NCBI GenBank assembly: GCA_964016885.1
Contig: OZ024741.1
Coordinates: 378,014,001-378,078,000 of the forward strand
Source: Eledone cirrhosa
Lineage: Eukaryota
Length of the DNA: 64,000 nt
Direction: 5' to 3'
A model generated the notes under the pieces. That model made no database searches. It saw only the letters and a list, made by a program, of their open reading frames with translations, and was not told the origin of the DNA. The position numbers were made by a program, and so were the translations under genes. The first letter of the stretch is position 1; each line of letters starts with the position of its first letter. This document shows positions 28,736 through 40,725 of the stretch, piece by piece.

Positions 28736-30960
28736 GGGAGATCGGTGAGCAGGCACAGCAACAGACTGATTTGAGTATCACAGTTGAAACTCTTAAGGGA
28801 CAAGTCAAAAAACTAACCAACTGGAAATCGCCAGGCCCAGATGGTGTGCAGGGGTATTGGATTAAACATCTAACATCCCTCCACCCGAAGCTGACGGCCA
28901 TGTTCAATGACTGCTTGGTGTCGGGTGAGGTGCCAGAGTGTTTGACAAAAGGTACCACAGTTCTGATAATGAAAGACCGAATCAAGGGTAATGATGCTAC
29001 CAACTATATACCTATCACATGTCTGCCCGTAATGTGGAAACTGTTGACGAGCATTGTGTCTGAGGAAATATACCATCACCTCTACACAAACAACTTGTTA
29101 CCGGACGAACAGAAAGGATGCCGAAAGAAGTCACGTGGTACAAAGGACCAGTTGCTTATTGATAAGATGGTAATGGGGAATTGCAGGAGGAGACACACTG
29201 ATCTTGCCATGGGATGGATAGACTACAGAAAGGCATTTGACATGGTGCCTCATTCCTGGATCACCAAAAGCCTGGAGATCTTCAGGGTTGCGGATAACAT
29301 CAGACAGTTGCTAGGCAGGAGTATGGGGTCCTGGGAGACAGAGTTGACATCAACTGGAGTATCCTTGGGAAACGTGAAGATCAAGAGAGGTATCTTCCAG
29401 GGAGATAGCCTGTCCCCTCTGTTGTTTGTCCTTGCCCTGATGCCCTTGACCATTATGCTGCGAAAAGTGAGAGCAGGATACAAGTTGGGAAGGGGAGAGC
29501 TTACCATCAATCACCTCCTCTTCATGGACGATCTTAAGCTCTTCGGGAAAAGTGAGAAGGAGTTGGATGTGCTTGTTGACACTGTCCGTATTTTCAGCAG
29601 TGATATATGTATGCAGTTTGGTATTGGTAAATGTGGAGTCATTGTGATGAAGAGGGGTAGGTTGAGCAGAAGTAACGGGATCCAGATACCAACATGTGAG
29701 ATGATAAAGGAAATTGACTCTGAGGAAGGATACAAGTATTTGGGCGTTCTGGAGGCTGATGGCATAAAGAACAAAAAAATGAAGGAATTGTTAAGAACTG
29801 AATACATTCGGAGAGTAAGGAGCGTATTGAAGTCACATCTGAACAGCAGAAATGCCATAAGCGCAGTAAATTCCCGAGCTGTGTCTATTATTAGGTACAG
29901 TGCTGGAATTCTGAGATGGAATGTTGCTGAACAGAAAGAAATGGATAGGAAGACTAGGAAGCTATTGACTATCTACAACATGTTCCACAAGAGGAGTGAT
30001 GTCGATAGACTCTACCTAAGGAGATCTGAGGGTGGAAGAGGTCTTATCAGCATAGAGGACTGTGTTAAGATGGAGAAAAACAACCTATACAAATACGTGA
30101 CCTATAGTAAGGAGCCAATGCTCAGAGCTGTACTGAAGGAGGGGACAGTAGGCCAGGGGATGACCAGGGAGGAAATAACATCAAGGAGGAAGAGCAGCCT
30201 TAAGGGAAAACCCCTTCATAGTACCTTCTTTGAGAAAACTGAATTTAGAGATCCACAGACATGGAACTGGTTGAGAAGAGGAGACCTCAAAAAGGCTACA
30301 GAAGGAATGCTAATGGCTGCGCAGGAGCAGGCCCTCAAAACGAAGTGGTTGAAGCACCATATCTACAAGGAGGAGGCCAGCCCACTGTGCAGGATCTGTG
30401 GAGAGAGAGAGGAGACTGTGGCTCACATTGTGTCCGAGTGTAAACACCTAGCCCAGACCCACTATAAGGGCTGGAGACACGATGTGATGGGCAGGGTGAT
30501 CCACTGGCACCTGTGCAAAGTAAACAATCTACCACATTCTGAGAAATGGTATGAGCATAGGCCAGAGGCGGTGATGGAGAACAATCAGGTGAAGGTGCTG
30601 TGGGATTTTAGGATACAGACGGACAAAAAACTGGAACACAATAGACCTGACCTGGTGGTTGTGGACAAAGAAAAAAGATCGTGCCTGATTGTGGATGTGG
30701 CCTGCCCGTTCGACACGAGAGTACAAGAGAAGGAGAGAGAGAAAATTAACCGATACCAGGACCTAAAGTGGGAGGTGAAAAGGATTTGGAACTGCCATGA
30801 AGTCAAAGTGATCCTGATTGTCATAGGCGCACTGGGGACTATCTCCAAAAGTTTCCAGGGATGGTTAAAGAAAATCGGGCCCTTCACGCTTTTTGGAACG
30901 CTTCAAAAGGCATGCTTGCTTGGAACAGCAAGAACCCTCCGATACGTCCTGAATATCTGA
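28736..30960 (+). CDS. Family B RT + CCHC + REL endonuclease (N-terminally truncated)
   Basis: [44 protein letters not shown]....ETVAHIVSEC, RHD, RPD...D...KINRY. The start at 28654 in the ORF track is an artefact of the microsatellite. Confidence 0.8.
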
Positions 30961-31034
30961 GGCTGCAGGTAGTGGCTTGATATTCAATCCAACGGACTTT
31001 CCAGTTAACCAACATCAATGACTGAGATTCAAGG
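28736..31034 (+). mobile_element. R4/Dong family B copy 3 (5'-truncated, open frame)
   Basis: Bounded by TAA tracts on both sides, with an uninterrupted reading frame to the stop at 30960. Confidence 0.9.
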
Positions 31035-31046
31035 AATAACAATAAC

Positions 31047-31121
<75 letters not shown>

Positions 31122-31147
31122 AAGAAGAAGAAGAAGAAGAAGAAGAA
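31035..31147. repeat. Compound (TAA)n(GAA)n microsatellite
   Basis: TAA to about 31093, then GAA to about 31147. Confidence 0.95.
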
Positions 31148-32675
31148 GACATTAATCTTGATCGGGGGAACGTGATCAAGAGAACTTGATCAAGAAAAAA
31201 CTTACAAATGTGAAGGAGACGGAATCAAGCACTCGACAATGAGGGAAAGGATAAGGAAGGAATGTTACCGAAGTGTAAGAGCAATTTTAAGAACGGAATT
31301 GAATGCAAGGAATAGGATCGATGCCATAAACACGCTTGCCATACCAGTAGTAACCTACAGTTACAATGTCATCAACTGGTCAAGCACAGAGATCCGTAGG
31401 CTCGATACAAAAATTCGAAAATTCTTAACCATGCACAGAATGCATCACCCTAAGGCGGATATAGATAGAATATATCTCCCTAGGAAATTAGGAGGACGTG
31501 GGTTAATCTAGTTAGACATTGAGTTGAAAACTACAACAATTGGATTATCTACATATCTAAGGGAATCACATGATTGGATGATGAAACTCGTTTTGAAACA
31601 CGAAAGCATCAAAAGATCATATTCCATTACAAAAGATGCACAAAGATACAGTAATGGACTACAAATTTCAGAAGTCCCATTTACTGCTGAAATGGAAAAC
31701 ACAGAAAAAGCAAAGCAGGTAAAAGTAACTACAAAGAAAGAACTGCTACAGAAACTTGCTAAGAAATGGCAAGAAAAGCCTCTGTATGGAAAATATCCAG
31801 AGCGAGCTAACAATCCTGATGTTGACAAAACTTTAAACCATCAGTGGTTGGCATCCTCTGGACTGAAATCGGAGACTGAAGGACTGATTATATCAGCACA
31901 AGATCAGTGTCTGCCAACAAAAAAATTACCAAGCCAACATAATAAAAAATGGATGCAGCCCATTATGCCGTGTATTCACAAAACAACCAGAGACCATTGA
32001 CCATATAATTTCAATGTGCAGTCCTATAGCTCCAACCTAATACCTAAACAGCCATGACAGAGCTGCACAATACATATATTGGATAATATGTAAGCATTTT
32101 GACCTGCCCCATCAAAAGAATTGGTGGGAGCATCAACCACCTCCGATACTTGAAAAAGATCACATCTCTATCTTGTGGAACTTTAGCATCCAAACAGACC
32201 GAAAAATAGATGCAAACAGACCTGATATAATATTGAAAGACTTTCAAAAGAGGGTATGCCTGCTAATTGATATGTCTGTTCCAATAGACAAGATTGTATC
32301 TATAAGAACATTTGTAAAATTGAGCAAGTATAAGGACCTGGAGATAGAAATTGGAAAAATGTGGAAATTGAGAACTAAAACAATACCAGTAGTTGTAAGC
32401 GCTCTGGGAATGATACCTAAGGGGTCTAATGATTACTTATCGCTAATCCCAGGAAACCCGCGTATAGGAGAAATACAAAAGATAGTACTAATGGGAACTG
32501 CCCATATACTTAGGAAGATTCTGTCAACATAAGTACATCACAAATCTAAACACTAAAGATGCATGTGTGAGTATGTATGTTCTTTCTTGAACATGGCGGA
32601 CCTTGTTGTCTCTTGAGGTCACTGGTTGTGACTTGGTGATAACTCGTATGAACATAAAGCAAGATAAATGCAACT

Positions 32676-32676
<1 letters not shown>
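31147..32676 (+). mobile_element. R4/Dong family A copy 3 (3' 1.5 kb, degenerate)
   Basis: Collinear with about 12805-14331. It ends in AAATGCAACTG-(TAA)n. Confidence 0.9.

Positions 32677-32731
<55 letters not shown>
32677..32731. repeat. (TAA)n tract, tail-to-tail junction 2
   Basis: Same flanks as junction 1. Confidence 0.95.
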
Positions 32732-32732
<1 letters not shown>

Positions 32733-35700
32733 TTTTCTTTATTAACCACAAGGGTTTACATAAAGTAGACATTAAGGACAGTACAGGACAATACAGGACG
32801 GTACAAATGGGCATTTCTGCGTGTAAAAAAAACAGAGATTGAAATTAAATAACGAAGAAGAAAACAAAGAAAAATTCACCAATAGGGGGAAGACTTCCGA
32901 GGGACATTTGTGGAGAAAGCCCATTAAAAGACCACAGTGGCCCTGACCACCAGGGCAAGTGCCCTCTCCCGATTTTCCACCTTTAATTTACAGACACATA
33001 CTCAGAGAAGGCCCATTCATTCGGGCCATAGTTGCTTCACTCACCCATCTTTCAACAAAATGCTGGGAAGAGAGCACTTCTCTCTCTACCCTGATTTTCC
33101 TTTTCAAATGAAATTTGAAAAAGTTAATCAGGGCATCACCGAAGAGGTAAGTGCTCGTCTTCAGCCCTTTCAAACGTGTCCACCATACTATCTCTTTCGC
33201 CTTGGCCACCAGACAGATAAAAACTGCCTGCCCTTCCCGGCTAAAGGAAGGGGGCGGGGCAATCCTCACGATGGACTCAGCTTATAGCTGGATCCGTCCT
33301 ACACGTGACAGCAAGTGTTCGACATAAACCCACAAGACAGCAACGCTCGGACACTGGACGAGTGCGTGCTGGACGGTTTCGTCGCCCTGTGCGCATCTCG
33401 GACATGCCCGGCTGACGGCACCTCCATACCTGTAAAGTTTATCCCGAACTGGCAAATCACCCCGGTAGCACTGCCAGGCCAGGGATTTCTGGAAGTTGTC
33501 CATAGGCTCCGGCCAGAAAGTCCTTCCGAAGAGATTGGCTAGTTGATTTTCGTCGACGCCTAGAGTTTCTCCAAGTACGTCGTCGCTCTTCCCCTCCACT
33601 AATCCCCTATAGAACGCCAAGGTGAAGTTTCCACCGATCACATTGCCCGATTTGTCGAGGGCTGTGAGCGCCTGAAGACATTCCAGTCTCCAAGCGCTCC
33701 CTCTCGGTCTTCGCTTGACCCAGGACTGCAGCTCCGTCAAGGAGACGAGCTGGGGAAAAACGTGTCTAGCAAATGGCGACCACACCTGATCACCGTCGAG
33801 GAAGAGGTGGAGATGTCGTAGCCTGAGCGCGTGTCTGCGCATCATCAGCCACGGCATGCCCAGCCCTCCACGTAGCGGGTGTTGACAGCAGATGGACCGC
33901 CTGACCATCGGAGCGCGTCCCTTCCACAAGAAGCGAAAGAGCAAACGCCCCAGCGCAGTCAGGCGGGGCTTAGGACAAGGTACGACGGTCAGGCGGTAGT
34001 AGATGACGGACGCGATGTACGCGTTAGCCACCTCCGCTCGACCTTTCAGGGATAGCTTCCTCTCGGCCCATTTCTGGGTGAGAGAAGCCACCCTGCTCGT
34101 CACCTCGTCCCAGTTTTTGTCCGTCTGGAGGTCTGGACCGAACCAGACCCCTAGCAATTTAACCGGTCCGTCTGTCCAGCGCCCGACGACGCTGTTGGAC
34201 GGCATGGACCTGCCTCTCCAGGTGCTGAGCTGCAGGCCCACTGACTTTTCCTGGTTGATCATTGCTCCTGTCACCGCTTCGTATTCTCTCAGTGTAGTGC
34301 CGATCGCCTCGATGTGTTTGGAGTTCGACACCACTACGGTGACATCGTCGGCATATGCTGACACGGATCTTCCGCATCCTAGTTCGCGCGGGATCCCCCC
34401 TCAATGTCTCCAGTTTGTGCAGTAATGGCTCGAGAGTCAATACGTACAATAGGGACGAGAGGGGACATCCTTGGCGGACCGGGCGCATGATGTTGAACGG
34501 TTCCGAAAGGTGACTGTTCACTCTCACTACAGAGCAGATGTTGCTGTGCATGGCAGCGATCCAGCCTCTGAAGACGTGCCCAAAGCCAGCCGCCCTCAGG
34601 ACTGCCTCTAGGTAACGATGGTCGACCCTATCGAAGGCTTTCGACTGATCTAAATTGATCAAAGACCCACCCGTGCCAGGTTCCCTAGCTACTCTCTCTA
34701 CGATGTATCGCATGAGGTGGAGGTTGTCGTGGATGGATCTGACGGGAATGGCGCATGTCTGTGCCTCTCCCACCAGACCACCAACGACAAGCGCCAACCT
34801 CTTTGCTAGCACCTTGGCCAAAATCTTGAACTCTGTATTTAGCAGAGTTATGGGCCTAAAATTATCTATGTTATCCCCTTTGTTCGGATCCTTTCTCAGC
34901 AGCGCCACCGCTCCTCGGCTCACAGAGCTGGGAATTCTCCCGTTCTGTTGCCAGTTGCAGTAGACGTCCGCCAAGAGGCCTCCGAACAAGTTTGGCATTT
35001 GTACGTAAAGATCATAGGGCAGACCATCCAAACCAGGCGATTTACCCCTTGTGCAACAAGTCATTGCATCCCGTACTTCAGCGATTGTTATCGGCTTTTC
35101 GCAACACTCCGCCTCAGTGGCCGAAAGCCGCGGCAGTCCGTCGAGGTAGACACTAAAGTCCATCCCTCCATCCGGCCCGCCACTGCCCCCGAACATTTGA
35201 GCGAAGTGTCGAGTAGCATGCGCCCGTCGGATCGAGTAGCATGCGCCCGTCGTTTCCACCAAAGACCGGATTGTGGCTTTGTTGCCACGACGCGCCTCCG
35301 CCATTCGGGCCCATTGAACGGCTTTCGTCCCCTCGTATCTGAGAGCACGCACCCTAGCTCTGACAACGCAGCCTTCGTGCTTTGCATTGACGAATTGGTC
35401 AAGGGCCAATTTCGCCGCAAGTACGTCGGTCGCGATGCCTTTGCTAAGCGCCTCATCTAATTTTCTAACTAGTTCTCCCTCTGCTCTATTTTTCTCTATT
35501 GCTAAAGTCTTACTAAACCTAATGGACTCTATTCTAATTGCTCTTTTCAGAGCAAACCACCACTTGTTGCTGATGATGGCCCCCGTCAACGCCCGCTTAA
35601 CTAATTCGCTAATCCGGTCTCTGTAGGCCTTGCGCGCTGGTAAGGACGCGTTTAGCTTCCAGTAGCCGGGTCCTCGTCTATGAAGCCTATCTAAGTCAAG

Positions 35701-38634
35701 CACACAGATCACGAATTTGTGGTCCGTGTAGCTGACTATCTTGAATTGTGGACAGCCTATGCTAGACCTATCTATTTCACTACAAAATACTCTATCTAGA
35801 TATGATCTGGATGACCCTATGCGATTTGTCCAAGTCCACATTGGTAGGTTCGGGAAATCCATTCGGTACCTATCAGACAGTTCAAAAAGTCTGAGCAGGT
35901 TGGTGAGACTCTTGCACCCTCCTTCCCTATCCACTAATCCCACACAATCCCAGCGTGCATCTAAGATCCCGTTCCAGTCTCCCACTAACACTAAAGAGCG
36001 GGACGTTCCAAGAAAGGTCTCCAGACGCCAGAGGAAATCAGGCCGCCCTGCTCCTGTCGGGGCATAGACGGCCACTAACCTGAAAGCTTGCCCGTCTCCG
36101 CTGGTCACGTCCAGCACCACCAACTTACCTTCTGGGTCCAGGAAGATGGCCCGTATGGCAAGATCCAAACATCTCCGAAAAAGCACAGCAACTCCTTCCT
36201 CCAATCCCGGACGGTTGGGAGATGCGTACACATCGTAGCCGCCGAAGATCGGTGCGAAAGCCTGTGCTTCGGAGATTCTGGTCTCGCTGATGGCCACTAC
36301 ATCTATGTTTAGTGACCTGAGGTCGTTGAGCAGGTGGCCCTGCTTCCATGACGACCCCAAGCCACGCGCATTTATGCTGCCTATTCTGAGTGAGGTCATG
36401 TTGAAAAGGAGTGGAAAAGATGGGAAAGACCACTTACCTTACTTCTCGTAGGGGAAGGACGGTTTTTCCATTCTTTTCACTGCTTGTGGCCTCCTCAGGA
36501 AGGATGTCCTTATAAATCTTCCTGGAGAGTGCTTGTCGGAAGTCTCCGATGTCTTTGGGGAATTTTTGTTTTAGTGTCATGTACGTTTTCTGTGTGATGC
36601 GGGTGATTTGTATGTGTGGAGGTGGTGTGAATTTTGGGGTTGTTGTGTAGTATTTTTCTGTGATGCTGGTGTTGTGTTGGATGTAGTGTAATAATTGCTT
36701 GTTGTTCAAATTTAATGCTGTGTAGTGTGTATTGTTTTGGTTGTTTTGTTTTGTTTGCGTTTGTTGTGGGTTTGTTTCTGTTTCGCATTTTGGTGACTTT
36801 TGTGGTGTAGGTGATGGTGGTGTTGGGGTTAATGATGGTGATGGTGTTGGTGTCTGGGTGGATGGGGTTGGTGATGCTGGTGTGGATGGTGGCATATCTG
36901 TCCTAACTTTTTGTTTCTTAATTTATTTGTTTCCCTCTGTATTTTGTTTTTGAAGGGGGAAGGAAGAGAATTTTTTCTTTTTGGGTTTCTTTTTTTTTTC
37001 CGGATATCGTTTCCCACTCCTCGTCGTCACAATCTGTCTCCAGTTGTGATAGGCCGGGGAGTGGAAAATCTTCCACAGGCGTTAGTTTTGGTTGTGGCGT
37101 GGTGGATGGTATAGGCCCTGGTGCTAGTTCTGAAGCGTTGGGTGGTGGTGGTGTTGGTTTTGCTGGTGGAGGTGGTGGTGTTGGTTTTGCTACTGTTGCT
37201 GGGGTTGTTGCTGTTATAGTTGCTTCTGTTGTTGCTGCTACAGTTGTTGCTGCCATTTCTGCTACTGGTGGTGTTGATGGTTGTGTCACTGGGGTGGGTA
37301 GGAGAGGTGGCCTCAACCTTTTAGCCTGAGGGCAGAAAGCCCTTAGGTGGGTTCCTTCACCACAAACGACACACCTAGGTCTTCTGCTCTCGACAATTAC
37401 CGTGAGGTGGCTGTCGTCAGTGAGGTCTATTACCTCTGGGATCTCCTCAATGCTTTTTTGGTCCGCTTGGATCAGGAGCTCCATCCCAGATCCGGACCAG
37501 TTCTCCTGCTTTTCTTTTGCTATTGCTATTATTTTTGTGATGGCTTCGATGCCGGCGAGGACGGCCGCTATTAGACAGGGAATTTCGATGGCCGGTGGGA
37601 CGTGGGTCACCCTGATCTTTACGAGTTTCTGGCCACAATAGCTTTGGACGATCGTGAAGTCGTCACTTCTTAATGGGGCCATGGAGTTTTCTCTAGCCTC
37701 CTCTGGTGTTTCAAAGAACACGTCCACGGTTCCATACTTTTGCCCACGTCTGATGTGGGTTTTTCTTGCCCACACATGTCCCAAAGCTTTTGGGATTTGG
37801 GACTCGAATGCCCGTTCCACTCGGCGCGATTTTACATTTATTGTTCTATACGACACGGTGCATAAGTGCCGATGCTCCAATTTATTAGGTGGGGGGTGAG
37901 GCTGACCCTGTACCCATCTTTCTTTACCATTTGTTTGGCATTTTTTAAATCCTCCTGAGTTACCGTAAATGCTTCGAACTGTTTTGCTACTATGGCGAAA
38001 CTGAGGGTCGGTTTTATAATGTCAATGTTGTTGTTGTTGCTATCGTTATTTGTGTTAATATTAATTTTAGTTTCAGTTGTGGTGGTGGTGACGTCAGTCG
38101 TCTTTGATGGGGAAGAGTCCATTTTGCTTGATTTCATTTCGACATCACGAGTTAATTTATTTTTTTCTTCTTTTGTTTCTGTTGTCGCGGTGGTGGTGGG
38201 GGTGGGGGTTGTCGCGGTGGTGGTGGTAGTGGTGGAGGCTTTAACACCTGCAGTCATTGGTAATGGCGGGAAATGAATGTCTGCCTGAGACAAATTTAAA
38301 ATATTGCTACTGCTTATATTTTTTTTTGTGTTGGCAAACGTAGTAACATTTACAATGGTGGTGTCGGTGTGAGGTGTTAATTTGTGAGGAAGGCTTTCAG
38401 CTGCTTGGTGCAGAGGTGAATTAGCCATGTTTTCAAAGAAACTTTTTGATAATAATAAAAGTTTAAATTTTGGGCACAAGACCCCAATCTTTTTGGGTGT
38501 CTTTTTCGGAAAACAATGTATGTGCGCTTATAAACAGTTAACAATAAAATTTTCCATAAATGACAATTTTTAACAAACGGAAATAACAAACCTTTGCGGA
38601 GCTCACGATGATACGATTTACTACGTAGGTCGCC
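32732..38634 (-). mobile_element. Tx1/L1-clade family C copy 2 (full length, frameshifted)
   Basis: ORF2 pieces 34159-36399, 33282-34364 and 32988-33269; ORF1 pieces 37838-38479, 36918-37880 and 36434-36895. A small deletion plus duplication lies at about 35210-35250. TTA repeats flank both ends. Confidence 0.9.
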
Positions 38635-38650
38635 AATAATAATAATAATA

Positions 38651-39517
38651 GTGAAAGAACAATTATTAGCACAAATGTTGCATAAAGGCACCGAATGAGG
38701 TCCCATAAAGTTTCGGATCCATATTATATTGTTGTATCGCTCAAATATTCAATTTTGTATTATATATTTTGTATTCAAAAAAAGAAAATGGTTATAAATG
38801 GAACAAAACACCCTCTGTCTACACTATATAGAACAGCGGCAATTTCAATTTCACCAACACCAGAAACTTGATACACTACCTATCCCATCACACTTAATAT
38901 AACGGCAACTTCACCGGGATCATAATAATAATTACTATTATTATTGTCTCAAATTTTAAAAATTGTTTAATTCAAATTTTACGGGAATATGTCAGCACTA
39001 AATATAATGAAAATATATATTAAACATACGAACACAAACACATAGATACTATATCAGTAACCACAACACCACCGCTGCCACCACCCCACCACAACCATCA
39101 TTGCCGCAACCACTCATTCAATGCTACTGACACTATTCCCCTGTTAACTTGAGAGAGAAAAGGGAAGGTGGGGGTAGCACTAGACAAGAGAGAGGCTAGC
39201 AAAAGATATAAATAGATTGACCTGGTGACCTTGCCACGGACAAACGTCTACATCAACAATTATGGGACTGCTGGCTCACCCCTTCCTCACCAACAATATA
39301 AAAAGCCCCGCACCACCACCGACATAGCCAGCAGCAATAACAGCCAACTACGACAAAAAGTATATTATATTATTGTAATGCACTGGGTGATTGCTGGCCT
39401 TGTGCCTAGAGTGGAGACAATTATTAATAATTTCATTCTTAAGCCACGCAATGCTCACATTAAGGAAACACTCATGATAATAACAATTTAAAAAAAACAA
39501 CAAAAAGAAAACTCCGT
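38651..39517 (+). repeat. Non-coding segment paralogous to 46388-47323, upstream of a full-length family A copy
   Basis: Shared blocks GCTCAAATATTCAA..TATTCAAAAAA.GAAAATGG.TATAAATGGAA, CTATTCCCCTGTTAACTTGAGAGAGAAA and GCTAGCAAAAGATATAAATAGATTGAC. It includes a SINE 3'-end remnant at about 39375-39420. Confidence 0.8.
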
Positions 39518-39635
39518 GACCAAGAAATACCGGGATGGCGGCCGGCGGGGAATAGCCATGTCTCTAGGGGAGAACGACCCCTCTAGTCTTGGTTGACACT
39601 CGTTCTAGAAGTGGTAACACGAAATGATTACCCCT
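39518..39635 (+). ncRNA. Candidate HDV-like self-cleaving ribozyme at the family A 5' end
   Basis: Manual fold: P1 GACCAA/TTGGTT with a G-U pair at position 1, P3 GAC/GTC closing the 7-nt loop CCCTCTA, P4 CACT/AGTG, J4/2 ACGAAAT and an imperfect P2 AGGGGAGAAC/GATTACCCCT. P1.1 is non-canonical. Confidence 0.35.
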
Positions 39636-40725
39636 TGGCGGATAAGGATAAAACGCGACAAAATAAAGTAGATGTCTAATGATGAAATCTCATACCAGAT
39701 CGGCCGTCACCCGGGTAAAAAACGGCCGCGTCCCTCAGAGAGGAAACAGACTGGGGTCGAAAAATCAGCTAATGGTTCAAACCTTCCCATCACTTCGGAG
39801 CTGGAGACCTCCCATAACCGGAATACTCCCACTGTTGGACCTCCATGCTCACCACCAAGAAATCCAAAGAAAAAGAGAGAAAATGGTCGAGGGAAGATAA
39901 TAAAGAAGTCCTTGAGGCTTTCTACACTGCCATGTACTACCCATCAAATACATCGAATACAGAACAAACATATATCAACTGAAAAAAGAAACATCCCGAA
40001 AACAGAGGCTATATTGACAGTAACACACTAGCCAATATACGAAGAAATATTGTAAGAAAAAAGTTACTAACTGATATATAAATTGATCAGATCAAGCTAG
40101 TAGCACAAAGTCAGCGAAGGGAAAATGAAGCATGTGTCAGTGAAAACGAGGTAAACTGTAACACTTTGAATCCCAGGGTTGGGGCGGAATCACTGGCAAC
40201 AGAACAAATTAAAGAAAGGAGCGAAAAAGTGGAGGGAGTGCATGCTCAGGATGAAACTCCAAATGAAAATAATGAGATCGTAAATTATAAAGAAATGAAT
40301 GAGAATGAACTTGCCAACTTGAAGGATGAAATTATGATCGAATGGATGAAAATGAAAGAATCTGACATGGGTGACGAGACACCCTCCCTAAGATCCAGAA
40401 CTCCAAACAGAACCAAAAGATAATATACAAGACTAACATAATTCTCAAAAACATTATCATCACAAACAAACTAAACATTACTGACTTAAATCATCTCTAT
40501 TATGCATCGGGTAAAGTCACCACTCACTTATGTGGAGTGAAGATGAAAAAACAAAGGAATTCCCACAAGAAATCTAGTTGGCAAGATAACATCAATCGCC
40601 AAATAAACCTTCTCCGATCTGACATAGAAATTTTAACAAACTATAAAGTAGGTGAACATGTTAAACAAACTAAACTTAGAAAATTGAAAAAAAAGTACAG
40701 TATATGATCAACATGTGACATAGAC

